From Anaerolineae bacterium (GTDB lineage Bacteria; Chloroflexota; Anaerolineae; Epilineales; JAANWY01), in the NCBI GenBank assembly GCA_046758565.1, contig JBHIAO010000001.1, forward strand, positions 1 to 62,140: a stretch of 62,140 nucleotides of DNA, given 5' to 3'. The notes below the pieces were generated by a model. The model ran no database searches. It worked only from the letters and a program-made list of their open reading frames with translations, and had not been told where the DNA came from. How positions within the stretch are numbered: the stretch's first letter is position 1; each line of letters begins with the position of its first letter. The position numbers were made by a program, and so were the translations under genes. Below are positions 17,665-28,282 of the stretch, in pieces.

Positions 17665-18527
17665 AGTAAGCCTACCTTTTCGTGCGTCTCTGTTTAGTGT
17701 GATTGTTCAGCCTTTGCTCGCGGCGGATTTTGGTCCACTACCGGGCGCACCAAATCGGTCGCGACTGAGTTGTTGGAGCCGTTGAACTGCCGTCCAGCAG
17801 GAGTCTGTGTATAGTTATTGGAATCTTAGGGTAGGGCAACCCTAGCCCGTGGCGCGGCCCATTTTAGAGACACAGAATCCCCTGCCGGCCAATAACCGGA
17901 TTAGCAAAACTATTCGTTTGAGTGTAGCGCGTTGTCGCGCCAGACTGATCAGGTGACCGTGGGGATGCGGCGAGCGTGGGGGACGGATCGCGGCAACACC
18001 GACGGGGATGCCTGTGGCACGGCCGGGTGCTCAATGCGTATCCGGGTGGGGGAAACGAGATCGACCCCAGGGCGCACAGCCTGAGAGGGTGGCTGCTAGG
18101 ATCTGATCCTGCATGATCGCCGGATCTCGCAACGTATCACTATGAGTACCGAGCAATGTATGTATTGTTATGGATCTGAGTGTTGCAAGACTTGCGATGA
18201 TTCCCGGGTGGGAGCAAACCCCATCGCCGAACTCATCAACGGTCGCAGGGATATTGTACCAAAAAGCGTGACGATTTTCAAGACCCCCTCGGGGAAGGGA
18301 CTCGGGCGGTGTGACAAGCCCGCGACACAAGATGTTGGCGCGAGCGCGCAGTTCTCCCCCCATATGTTGGTATCACGTCAGGATTGGCTCCAAAATTGGC
18401 TTTCTAACGTACCTTAAAACTGTTGGAGATTTAAGAATGTTAAGGAAACGGCCGACAGTGCCGACTCAAGGGAAGTGCGGGGATATCACGTTTTGACACC
18501 GCCACATCATTCATGTATTCTTGCCTT

Positions 18528-19826
18528 ATGTCAGAAGAGTACTTCTTCGATGAGGCGAAGATCTATGTGAAGGCCGGCGACGGCGGCGATGGGGTCGTTG
18601 CATTTCGCCGAGAGAAGTTCGAACCTCTGGGAGGGCCGGCCGGCGGCCACGGTGGCCTGGGTGGAGCTGTGATTATCTACGCTGATCCGGGTCTCAACAC
18701 GCTGATGCCATTCAAGCGCCGGCAGCACTTCAAGGCCGGAGCCGGCGGCCGTGGGGGTGGCGACAAGAGGCGGGGCTCTGACGGCGCTGATGAACGGATT
18801 GCCGTCCCGGTGGGCACTGTCATCCGACATGCTGACACGGGTGAACTCGTGGCGGATCTGATCCAGGCTGGCCAGGAAGTGATTGTTGCCCACGGCGGCC
18901 GAGGGGGCCGCGGCAATTCGGCCTTTGCGACGCCGACCAATCAGGCACCCCGCTTTGCCGAAAAGGGCGAACCTGGTGAGGAACGCTGGCTTCTCCTGGA
19001 GTTGAAACTCATTGCTGATGTTGGCATTATTGGCGTGCCCAACGCCGGGAAATCCACGTTGTTGTCGGTTATTAGTGCCGCCCGGCCCAAGATTGCGGAC
19101 TATCCCTTCACCACACTGAGCCCCAACCTGGGCGTGGTGGTTGTCGATTACCGAGATTTCGTCGTGGCTGATATTCCTGGGCTTATCGAAGGAGCCCACG
19201 AAGGCGTGGGGCTGGGCGACAAGTTTCTGCGGCATATCGAGCGAACGCGAATGCTGATCCATCTGCTGGACGGTGCGTCGCAAGACACGTTGGAAGACTT
19301 CGACGCCGTGAATCGAGAACTGGAGCTCTATAGCCCCCGGCTTGCTGACAAGCTGCAACTCGTTGTTCTCAACAAGATGGACCTCCCGGATGTCCAGGCA
19401 CTGTGGCCATTGATCCGCGCGGAGATGGCTGAACGGAATCTGCCGGCCATGGCTATCTCGGCTGTGACCCAGGAAAATGTCAGAGTGATGCTGCAACGGA
19501 TTGCAGACATGCTGGACGAGCTTCCCAGGGAGCGCGGGCCTGTGTCTGACGAACTGCCAGTATTGCGTCCCGCAGACGCAGAAGACGCGTTCCATCTCTT
19601 CCGGCGCGGTGAACGTGAGGCACCGGAACAGCCCCTGACCTGGCGCATCGAGGGTAAAAAGGTGGAACGGGTCGCGGCGATGACCGACTGGAATAGCGAC
19701 GAGGCGATCGCACGATTCCAGCGCCAGCTCCGGGCGCTGGGTGTTTTTGACGCATTGGAGAAGGCCGGCGTCCGGGACGGAGACACGGTGATTATTGGGG
19801 ATATCGAGCTGGAGTGGGAGCGCTAG
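18528..19826 (+). CDS. obg: GTPase Obg/CgtA
   Basis: [17 protein letters not shown] glycine-rich Obg fold, G1 [13 protein letters not shown], and a C-terminal OCT domain. The ORF-track start at 18513 is probably 5 codons too long. Confidence 0.93.
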   Translation: MSEEYFFDEAKIYVKAGDGGDGVVAFRREKFEPLGGPAGGHGGLGGAVIIYADPGLNTLMPFKRRQHFKAGAGGRGGGDKRRGSDGADERIAVPVGTVIRHADTGELVADLIQAGQEVIVAHGGRGGRGNSAFATPTNQAPRFAEKGEPGEERWLLLELKLIADVGIIGVPNAGKSTLLSVISAARPKIADYPFTTLSPNLGVVVVDYRDFVVADIPGLIEGAHEGVGLGDKFLRHIERTRMLIHLLDGASQDTLEDFDAVNRELELYSPRLADKLQLVVLNKMDLPDVQALWPLIRAEMAERNLPAMAISAVTQENVRVMLQRIADMLDELPRERGPVSDELPVLRPADAEDAFHLFRRGEREAPEQPLTWRIEGKKVERVAAMTDWNSDEAIARFQRQLRALGVFDALEKAGVRDGDTVIIGDIELEWER

Positions 19827-19830
19827 TGCC

Positions 19831-19888
19831 ATCAGTTGTCAGTAAACAGTGATGACTGATGACTGATCACTGTTTACTGTTCACTGAG
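19831..19888. repeat. CAGTRAW-family heptamer hairpin between obg and nadD
   Basis: cagtaaacagtgat (19840-19853) pairs perfectly with atcactgtttactg (19866-19879), with a 12-nt loop. Confidence 0.85.
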
Positions 19889-19900
19889 GTCGGAGGACAC

Positions 19901-20497
19901 ATGAGAATTGGTGTGCTAGGTGGAACCTTTGATCCCCCGCACATTGGGCACCTAGTGGCGGCTGAGGAGGCACGGGTGCAATTGGATTTGGAACGGGTTG
20001 TTTTCGTGCCGGCCGGCTCGCCCCCCCACAAGCTAGACGAACCGGTGACCTCTGTTGTGCATCGTGTCGAGATGATCACACTAGCCGTGGCGTCGAACCC
20101 ATATTTCTTCGTGTCACTGATTGATGTGGAGCGGCCGGGGCCCTCGTACAGTTTTGAAATGGTGCAGCGGCTTCGTGATCAATGGAATTCCGATACGGAG
20201 ATCTACTTCATCATAGGTATGGATATGCTGTCTGACCTACCCAACTGGCACGAACCTCGCCAGGTTGTGGGGCTCTGCCGGCTGGCCGTGGTCAACCGGC
20301 CGGGCTACGATGCCGATATGGAGGACCTTGAAGCGATCATCCCTGGTATCTCCCAGAAGGTGGATCATGTATCGATGCCGTTGTTGGAAGTTTCGTCGAC
20401 CGATCTACGTGAACGAGCCCATCGGGGCCAGGTCATTCGGTATTATGTGCCGGCTGAGGTTGAAGCCTACATACGTGCTCATCGCCTGTATGCTTGA
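19901..20497 (+). CDS. nadD: nicotinate-nucleotide adenylyltransferase
   Basis: MRIGVLGGTFDPPHIGH (HxGH motif). GGAGG RBS at 19892-19896. The ORF-track start at 19859 lies inside the hairpin. Confidence 0.9.
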   Translation: MRIGVLGGTFDPPHIGHLVAAEEARVQLDLERVVFVPAGSPPHKLDEPVTSVVHRVEMITLAVASNPYFFVSLIDVERPGPSYSFEMVQRLRDQWNSDTEIYFIIGMDMLSDLPNWHEPRQVVGLCRLAVVNRPGYDADMEDLEAIIPGISQKVDHVSMPLLEVSSTDLRERAHRGQVIRYYVPAEVEAYIRAHRLYA

Positions 20498-20522
20498 CAA
20501 TGCCACTTCGTTATGCTAATAT
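20494..20522 (+). promoter_or_regulatory. sigma-70-type promoter for the amino-acid ABC operon
   Basis: TTGACA (20494-20499), 17 nt, TAATAT (20517-20522). It overlaps the nadD stop and leaves a leader of about 240 nt. Confidence 0.5.
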
Positions 20523-20762
20523 CGCGAGCAGCGCTATCCGAATATCCTTGCCTGGGTAGTATCTGTCGCCAGGCGCGTGGCCTTGCGAACAACTTGAAGA
20601 GTGCGTCCAGTCAACAACTGATCAGCTCAGCGGTCTGTCGATCCGATTGAGTGAGAAGTGAGGTCCCTACAGAGACGTAGAGGAGGTGGTAACTTAGACA
20701 GAGTCGTGTTGTCGCGTAACCCTATCGATTTCGTTAAGCCAAAACCACAGGAGGAGAATGAG

Positions 20763-21878
20763 ATGAATCGCAAGCAACTATTTCTACTCGCCGGTATCGT
20801 TCTTCTGGCCGTCGTGATGAGTGCATGCACCCAGCAAGGCCAACAAGAGGTTAAGGTTGAGGTAACCCGCATTGTTGAGGTGACGAGGGAAGTCCCGGGG
20901 CCGGCGGCTCAGCCACCTGAAACGAAGAGCAGGCTGCAGACTGTCCGGGAGCGGGGCAAGCTGGTCTGTGCCGGCCGCACTGACCTGGCCGGCTTCGGCT
21001 ACCTGGACGAGGCCGGCAACAACGTCGGCATGGACATCGATCTCTGCCGCGCCGTGGCCGCCGCTATCTTCGGTGACCCGACCGCCGTGGAGGTTGTCCC
21101 CATCACCGCTGCTGAGCGAGGGCCGGCAATTCAGTCCGGCGAGAACGACATGCTGTCCCGCAACGTCACCTGGACGACCACCCGCGATGCCCAGTGGGGC
21201 AACTACACCATCACCATGTTCTACGACGGCCAGGGGTTCATGACTCGCAAGGACACCGGATTCACCAGTGCCCTCGATCTGGACGGCGCCACAGTCTGCG
21301 TGACCAGCGGTACTACCACCGAGCTGAACCTGGCCGACTTCTTCCGACAGCACAAGATGGAGCTCAGCACAGTGGTCTTTGAGGAGACCGCCTCGGTCTA
21401 CGGAGCCTACGAGGAGGGCCGCTGCGACGCCACCACCAGTGACAAGTCTCAGTTGGCGGCTGTCAGGACCGGGTTCGCCGACCCCGACGCCCACGTTATC
21501 TTGCCCGAGACCATCTCCAAGGAGCCCCTGACCCCGGTGGTCCCCCACGGCGACGATCAGTGGCTGGACCTGGTCAAGACTGTCATGTACGTCCTCATCA
21601 ACGCCGAGGAGTTGGGCGTCACCCAGGCGAACGTTGAAGAAATGCGGGAGAGCGACAACATCCCGATTCGCCGCATGTTGGGTACGGAGGGCGAGTTTGG
21701 CCAGGCTGACCTGGGCCTGAAACCGGACTTTGCCGTGGATGTCATCAAGGCTGTGGGCAACTACGGCGAGATCTACGATCGCTACATGGGCCCCGATGGC
21801 GACGCATTTACGCTCCCGCGGGGCATCAACGAACTCTGGACCAATGGTGGCTTGATCTACGCGCCACCTCTCCGCTAG
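20763..21878 (+). CDS. general L-amino-acid ABC transporter substrate-binding lipoprotein (AapJ-like)
   Basis: MNRKQLFLLAGIVLLAVVMSAC lipobox after an AGGAGG RBS. SBP_bac_3-type body. Followed by two AapQ/AapM-size permeases and an ATPase. Confidence 0.85.
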   Translation: MNRKQLFLLAGIVLLAVVMSACTQQGQQEVKVEVTRIVEVTREVPGPAAQPPETKSRLQTVRERGKLVCAGRTDLAGFGYLDEAGNNVGMDIDLCRAVAAAIFGDPTAVEVVPITAAERGPAIQSGENDMLSRNVTWTTTRDAQWGNYTITMFYDGQGFMTRKDTGFTSALDLDGATVCVTSGTTTELNLADFFRQHKMELSTVVFEETASVYGAYEEGRCDATTSDKSQLAAVRTGFADPDAHVILPETISKEPLTPVVPHGDDQWLDLVKTVMYVLINAEELGVTQANVEEMRESDNIPIRRMLGTEGEFGQADLGLKPDFAVDVIKAVGNYGEIYDRYMGPDGDAFTLPRGINELWTNGGLIYAPPLR

Positions 21879-21919
21879 GGGCGTCTCGAGATAAGTTCCG
21901 AATTTGTTGTTGGCAAAAA

Positions 21920-22007
21920 GGAACTCAGAGGAACTAGAGGGGAACTAGAGGGGAACTCAGGCGTCTCCAAGTTCCTCTTTAGTTCCCCCTAGTTCCCATT
22001 AGTTCCT
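21920..22007. repeat. GGGGAACT-family (10-11-nt unit) hairpin between the SBP and permease genes
   Basis: Left arm ggaactcagaggaactagaggggaactagaggggaactcagg. Right arm gttcctctttagttccccctagttcccattagttcct. Confidence 0.85.
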
Positions 22008-22040
22008 ACGTCCCCTGCACAGGACAGCGGACAACTAGGC

Positions 22041-23231
22041 ATGAGACAGAGCCACATTCCTGCACTAACCTATCAAGGCGTCCCCCTCTGGCGGGATGTC
22101 CGGGTGCTGCGCGCCGTCGCCCAGGTTGTCTCCGCCATCGTCGTCATCTCCTTCCTCGTCTTCTTCGTTGACAACGTGCTAGACGCTGCCAACAGGCGGG
22201 GCCTGGCCCTGGGCTTCGACTTTCTGAATGAGGCGGCCGGCTTCCCCATTGCGGAGTCGGTCATCGAGTACCATCCCTCCGACTCCTTCCGGTACGCTTT
22301 CTGGGTGGGGATTCTGAACACCCTCAAGGTGGCGCTGGTGGGCATCGTGATGGCTACCATCCTGGGCGTCATCCTCGGCGTGGCGCGGCTTTCCTCCAAC
22401 TGGCTGGTCAGCAAGATGGCCAGCACCTATATCGAAATCATTCGTAATGTCCCCCTTTTGGTCCAACTCTTCTTCTGGTACTTTGCGGTCTTTCAAAAGC
22501 TACCCTTGGTCAAGGATAGTATCCAATGGCCAGGCCCCATCTACCTGAATAATCGAGGCGTCTACATGGTGTGGGCCAGGCCCTCGCCGTCCTTCCAGGC
22601 CTGGCTATTCTTTGTCCTGGCAGGATTTCTGCTGGCCGTCCTGTTGGGCGTTGTGCTGACCCGCCTCCAAATGCGCACCGGCCGGTCCACCTACCCTATC
22701 CTGGCCGCCAGTCTGGCGCTGTTTCTAATCCCGGCCTTGGGGTGGGGCCTGATGAATGAGAGCCCGCTCATCCGGGAGGTGCCGATACTAGGGCGCTTCA
22801 ATTTCGAGGGCGGACTGCGTCTCACCCCCGAGTTTGCGGCCCTCTTGGTGGGGCTGGTGATATACACTGCGACCTTTATCGCCGAGATCGTCCGTGCCGG
22901 CATCATGGCCGTGCAGCGGGGCCAGGTCGAGGCCGCCCGGGCGGTGGGGCTGAATAACCTGCAGACCCTGCGACTGGTCGTCTTCCCCCAGGCCTTACGG
23001 GTTATCATCCCGCCCCTGATCAGTCAATACCTCAACCTGACCAAGAACTCCAGCTTGGCCATCGCCATTGGCTATCCGGACCTCTTCAGCGTGGCAAGGA
23101 TCATGATCAACCAGGCCGGGCGGGCGGTGCCCATCTTCATCATGATCATGGCCGCCTACCTGGCCATGAGTTTGACCTACGCCCTCATCGGGAACATCTA
23201 TAACCGCCGCGTGCGGTTCGTGGAGCGTTAA
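22041..23231 (+). CDS. amino-acid ABC transporter permease (AapQ-like)
   Basis: 396 aa, polytopic. EAA-type loop (EAARAVGLNNLQTLRLVVFPQALR). Confidence 0.85.
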   Translation: MRQSHIPALTYQGVPLWRDVRVLRAVAQVVSAIVVISFLVFFVDNVLDAANRRGLALGFDFLNEAAGFPIAESVIEYHPSDSFRYAFWVGILNTLKVALVGIVMATILGVILGVARLSSNWLVSKMASTYIEIIRNVPLLVQLFFWYFAVFQKLPLVKDSIQWPGPIYLNNRGVYMVWARPSPSFQAWLFFVLAGFLLAVLLGVVLTRLQMRTGRSTYPILAASLALFLIPALGWGLMNESPLIREVPILGRFNFEGGLRLTPEFAALLVGLVIYTATFIAEIVRAGIMAVQRGQVEAARAVGLNNLQTLRLVVFPQALRVIIPPLISQYLNLTKNSSLAIAIGYPDLFSVARIMINQAGRAVPIFIMIMAAYLAMSLTYALIGNIYNRRVRFVER

Positions 23232-23233
23232 CC

Positions 23234-24442
23234 ATGACCACTGTCACTGAAGCCATCAAACCGCCGCCTGCCACCGTGGGCTCCATTGGCTGGCTGAGGA
23301 AGAACCTGTTCAATACCTGGTATAACGCCCTCCTCACCGTGGTCTTGATCTGGTTGCTCTACGTCCTGCTGAGGGGAGTTCTGACCTGGGTCTTCGTCAC
23401 CGCGGATTGGAGCCCGGTCACCTCTAACCCGAAACTCTTTATGCTGGGCCAGTACCCGTCCGATGAGATATGGCGGGTGGGCCTCAGTGTGCTCATGGTT
23501 TCATTTCTCTTTGGGCTCTCCTGGGGCGTTTGGGGCGGGACCGTCCGCACCTTCGCGCTAGTCATGGCTGTCGGCCTGGGGGCTCCGGCCCTGTTGCCCC
23601 TGGGTCTGGAGGTCCTGGGCCTCGAGGTGCGGCTGTGGCTTCTCGCCAATCCGGCCCTCGTCACCCTCGGATACCTCCTGGCACGCACCCGGGGTGGCCG
23701 GCCGCGATGGCTGATGACGGGGTGGCTTCTCTCCTTTGTCTTGACCCTCATCCTGCTACGAGGGTTCCAGGGCACCCCCCGCTTGCCCTTTGTAGGGACC
23801 GGTGTTTGGGGCGGGCTGCTCCTGACCTTCCTCCTGGCCCTGGTGGGTATCGTGGCCTCGTTCCCCCTGGGTGTCCTCCTGGCCCTGGGGCGCCGTAGCA
23901 ATCTGCCCGTGGTCAAGATCTTCAGCATCTTGTACATCGAGTTAGTGCGCGGCGTTCCCTTGGTGTCCATCCTGTTCATGGCCCAGGTCATCCTTCCCCT
24001 CTTCCTGCCCGAGGAGATCCGAGTCGATCGCGTCCTGCGGGCCTTACTGGCGATGACCTTGTTCAGTGCCGCCTACATGGCGGAGAACGTGCGGGGTGGG
24101 TTGCAGGCTGTGCCCGAGGGACAGATCGAGGCGGCCAAAGCTGTGGGTCTCAGCAACCCCCTCGTGATGCTTCTTGTCGTCCTTCCCCAGGCCCTGAGAG
24201 CGGTGATCCCGGCTATCGTGGGCCAGTTCATCAGCCTCTTCAAAGATACCACCCTGGTGGTCATCGTGGGACTCAATGATATTCTTGGCATCGGGAAATC
24301 TATCGTCCTGGGCAATGTGGAGTGGATCGGCCGGCAGCGCGAAGTGTACCTGTTCATTGCCGCAGTCTTCTGGATCTTCACCTACTCCATGTCCTACGCC
24401 AGCCGCAGATTGGAGACGGCACTGGGGGTTGGTGAACGGTAG
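23234..24442 (+). CDS. amino-acid ABC transporter permease (AapM-like)
   Basis: 402 aa, polytopic. EAAKAVGLSNPLVMLLVVLPQALR. Confidence 0.85.
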   Translation: MTTVTEAIKPPPATVGSIGWLRKNLFNTWYNALLTVVLIWLLYVLLRGVLTWVFVTADWSPVTSNPKLFMLGQYPSDEIWRVGLSVLMVSFLFGLSWGVWGGTVRTFALVMAVGLGAPALLPLGLEVLGLEVRLWLLANPALVTLGYLLARTRGGRPRWLMTGWLLSFVLTLILLRGFQGTPRLPFVGTGVWGGLLLTFLLALVGIVASFPLGVLLALGRRSNLPVVKIFSILYIELVRGVPLVSILFMAQVILPLFLPEEIRVDRVLRALLAMTLFSAAYMAENVRGGLQAVPEGQIEAAKAVGLSNPLVMLLVVLPQALRAVIPAIVGQFISLFKDTTLVVIVGLNDILGIGKSIVLGNVEWIGRQREVYLFIAAVFWIFTYSMSYASRRLETALGVGER

Positions 24443-24450
24443 ATGGTTTT

Positions 24451-24482
24451 GGAGATTGGAGGTTAGAGATTGGAGATTAGAC
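24451..24482. repeat. GAGATT-family heptamer array (single arm)
   Basis: GGAGATT GGAGGTT AGAGATT GGAGATT AGA, directly after the aapM-like stop. No complementary arm was seen. Confidence 0.75.
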
Positions 24483-24525
24483 GTGGCGACTTCTTTGGAG
24501 GACTTGAGGGTCTTGCAGGCTGCCG

Positions 24526-25289
<764 letters not shown>

Positions 25290-25293
<4 letters not shown>

Positions 25294-26939
25294 TCGGTAA
25301 TTTCCGACTTCCCTACATCCGGCCCTTCCAGTTCCAGCTTGCGCAGCTCCACCAGATTCTCGATGTGAGTCTCCAGTTTGTTTGCTGCATCTCGTAGCTT
25401 GCTCAATCCAGGCTGCCGACCCTCTGCGGCCGTTTCGTCGAGAAGTTCCGTGTACGCTTTTATTTCCGACAGTGGTGCCCGCAGCTCGCGCACCGCGATG
25501 TTGATAAACTCGCTCTTAAGCCGGTCCAGTTTGCGCAATTGTTCGTAAGCTCGCTGCAAGTGCGAGAATAGCCGGGCATTGCCAATCGCAACTGCAGCGT
25601 GATCGGCGAACGGCGTGAGGGTCTCAATGTCGGCTTCGGTCAGCTCCTGCTGAGTGGCTACAGCCATGACACCCAGGAGTTGGTCCTGCACGAATAGGGG
25701 AATAACGCCAACGGATGCCGGCCTTGCCAGCTCCGAGAGCAAGACGCTCAGCCGTTCTTCAAGCACGTCTCTGGCCCTGCTCTGCGACTCGACCGCCTGA
25801 ACCTCGTCTGGTCGCAACCGTAGCGTTGTGATCTCTCGCGTCTGGTTTTCGCCGTGGTGCAGATGGACTTCGATTGTCCTGCTGTCCGTCTCCAGGAGTC
25901 CGATAGCGGTGGTAGCGTCGCCAACTACGGCGACACATCCATCGAGGACGGTTTGCAGAACTCGCTCGGGGCTGAGCCGGCTGGTAATGGCTGTCGCTGC
26001 CTGTTGGAGTGCGCGTAGGTTGGCATTTGCTCGTGATAGTTCCTGTGTTAGGGCTCGTTGCCGGCTGAATAGGTTCGCGTTTTGAATCGCAATAGCCGCC
26101 TGGCCAGCTAACACGCTAATCAGGTCGCGGTCGCTGGGGGTGAACGGCCTTTCGGTGGGTTCCATCTTCGACAGGTTGAGGGTCCCGATCACGCGATCAG
26201 GCAACGCCAGGGGAACGCAGATGGCTGATGCGATCTCCCCTCGTGTGAGCGCGTCTGCCAACTCCGGTGGCATGGAGACAGTCTTATCCAGGAGAAGCGG
26301 CTCTCCGTGCTGGGCGACCCAACCAGCGATGCCTTCGCCAACGGGCGTTGCCGTAGTCTCTATGAAGTCCTCGGACAGACCGCGTGCGGCTTTGATGTAC
26401 AGCTTGCCATCTTCCTCCAGCATTAACGATGCCGTGTCAGCCCCTGTTTCCTGGAGCGCTAGCTCCACCGTTTGATCGAGCAACGCGTCGATGTCTGTCG
26501 TGGTCATTAGTGAGCGACTCAGCTCGTAAAGCGGGATGAGGGCTTGGAGCCGGGCGTAGTCGCGCTCAAGACGTCGGCGTTCCACTGCCTCGGAGATGGC
26601 TTGGCGGAGTTCATTGGGTGTGAAGGGCTTCAGGACGAAGCCGGAGACGCCTTGTTTTAGCGCGTCGATGGCGGCTTCCATTGAGGGATGACTGGCGACG
26701 ACTATCCCAATGGTGTCACGTTGAAAACCCCTTATCGTTTCGAAGATGGTGATGCCGTCACCATCTGGCATCTCGAGATCAAGCAGCACGACGTCGAGAG
26801 GTGTCTCGCGGGCAATCCTGATGGCCTGTGATCCGGAATTCGCAGTGTAAACGGTATATCCGTCGTTTGACAGAATGCGGTCGCAGAGGCCCAGAATATC
26901 TGGCTCATCGTCTACAACAAGAATAAGTTGATTCGACAT
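25290..26939 (-). CDS. response regulator: REC, two GAF domains and a degenerate DHp (HisKA-like) helix; no ATPase domain
   Basis: REC motifs are [18 protein letters not shown] and LKPF. Two GAF-like blocks follow. The C-terminus [18 protein letters not shown] resembles the H-box but has Arg where the phospho-His sits. Start chosen at MSNQ (GGAG RBS). The ORF-track GTG is at 26948. Confidence 0.75.
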
Positions 26940-27239
26940 CGCTATCACTCCGTCCGGTGTGGCTGTAGTGCTACATCAATTCGGAAACTTTCATACAGGG
27001 TTAGGCAATTGTTCACCAATCATTCACCTTTATTATCGGTGTTTTCTCAAGACACTTGATACTATTCCCGGAATTCGGGAACTTGCAAATAGAGGGATAA
27101 TCTATGTTGTAACGTTAGACACGAGCATTAGTTCCGCCTTTTCAGGCAAGTTGCTTCTCCCAGCCATTCGTGATATACTGCCTTCGGCTCATCTACTCAG
27201 TTTCAGACGAATTAGAGAAAGACGTGATGTTATCGGAGG

Positions 27240-28115
27240 TTGGGGTTGAAAATCAGCCTTTCTACTGGAAGTTTGTATTTTTATCCGCTACAGTGGGTAC
27301 TCGGCATGGCAGCCGGCGCCGGCTTCGATGCCATCGAGCTGGCCATAGGCCCGGAAGCCATCTTGCGTGGCCCAGCAACTGTGCGCGAACTTGCCGGCAT
27401 TCACAACCTGCGTGTGTCGTCGGTCCATCCGCCGTTGTTCTCGTTGCCTGGATGGAGCACTTTCGACAACACGGCGAGAATCGTGGGTTTCGCGGCCCAG
27501 GTTGGGGCCACAGTCGTCGTGCAGCACACGCCGGATGTCGAGGATCTGGAGAGTTCGGACGGGCTGGCTTGGCGGCGGGCGATGGATGAAGCACGCCGGC
27601 GTGGGGCGAATAGCGGGGTCACGCTGGCATTGGAGAACCGAGGCATCTTTCGGAACCGCCAGCGCCAGTACGCCCTCGCGGACCCAGAGTCTCTTTATCA
27701 GTTTGCCGAGGAGCATGACTTTCCGCTAACCTTTGACACGGCCCATGCAGCGTCTTGGCCTTGGAACATCCTCGAGCTGTATGATCTGTTTCGGGATCGA
27801 CTGGTGAACCTGCATCTGAGTGATTTCAAGTCCTTGCCGGCCTGGCTGGATCGGCCGAGGTTGTACACGTACATTAAACACCACCAATTGCTCGGCGCAG
27901 GGGATCTTCCGCTGCGACAGCTTGTGGATCGTGCTCGGAGCGACGGCTACGCCGACCTGGTGACGCTGGAACTGAGCCCCGTTGCGCTTCAGGCCTGGTG
28001 GCCGGCAACGATCCGAAGCAATCTGGTGTCAACTGTCAACTTCATTCGCAACGGAATCGTCCCATCTTCGATGCGAGAACAGGCCGCCAGTTCAGTTTCC
28101 AGTCGAGCGAAATGA
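27240..28115 (+). CDS. sugar phosphate isomerase/epimerase (xylose isomerase-like TIM barrel)
   Basis: 291 aa. The pattern ...FDAIEL.., VVVQH, LALEN, TFDTAHA, HLSD is typical of the AP_endonuc_2 fold. TTG start is uncertain by a few codons. Confidence 0.7.
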   Translation: MGLKISLSTGSLYFYPLQWVLGMAAGAGFDAIELAIGPEAILRGPATVRELAGIHNLRVSSVHPPLFSLPGWSTFDNTARIVGFAAQVGATVVVQHTPDVEDLESSDGLAWRRAMDEARRRGANSGVTLALENRGIFRNRQRQYALADPESLYQFAEEHDFPLTFDTAHAASWPWNILELYDLFRDRLVNLHLSDFKSLPAWLDRPRLYTYIKHHQLLGAGDLPLRQLVDRARSDGYADLVTLELSPVALQAWWPATIRSNLVSTVNFIRNGIVPSSMREQAASSVSSRAK

Positions 28116-28282
28116 CAGGCTATTTAACCGTGGGACGACCGCCACCACGGACCCCGACCGCCGAGATTTCGAGTGGAGCGGCGGTCGACGGACGGCTGTC
28201 GGCGGTCACGAGTGAAATGGGGCATCTCAAGGATGTCGATTGTGATAGTCTCCAGATCTATCAGGGACGGAGAGGATGCAAG

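Noticed and set aside
18142-18417. 91-aa Cys-rich ORF (MSTEQCMYCYGSECCKTC...) in the dnaA-obg gap, considered as a possible RiPP precursor or small metal-binding protein.
   Set aside because: It has no Shine-Dalgarno sequence and no neighbouring maturation genes. The remainder of the sequence is non-descript, and the signal cannot be separated from a chance ORF in a lower-GC spacer.
17665-18527. The gap upstream of dnaA as the replication origin.
   Set aside because: Only very weak DnaA-box matches are visible (for example TGGTCCACT, TGTGGCACG). The cluster on the other side of dnaA (15713-16125) is far denser and includes a perfect box plus an AT-rich stretch.
27998-28282. Long N-terminal extension of pyruvate kinase in the ORF track (568 aa).
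   Set aside because: It overlaps the end of the preceding isomerase gene. The family-typical N-terminus MPRTKIVCTLGPA begins at 28283.
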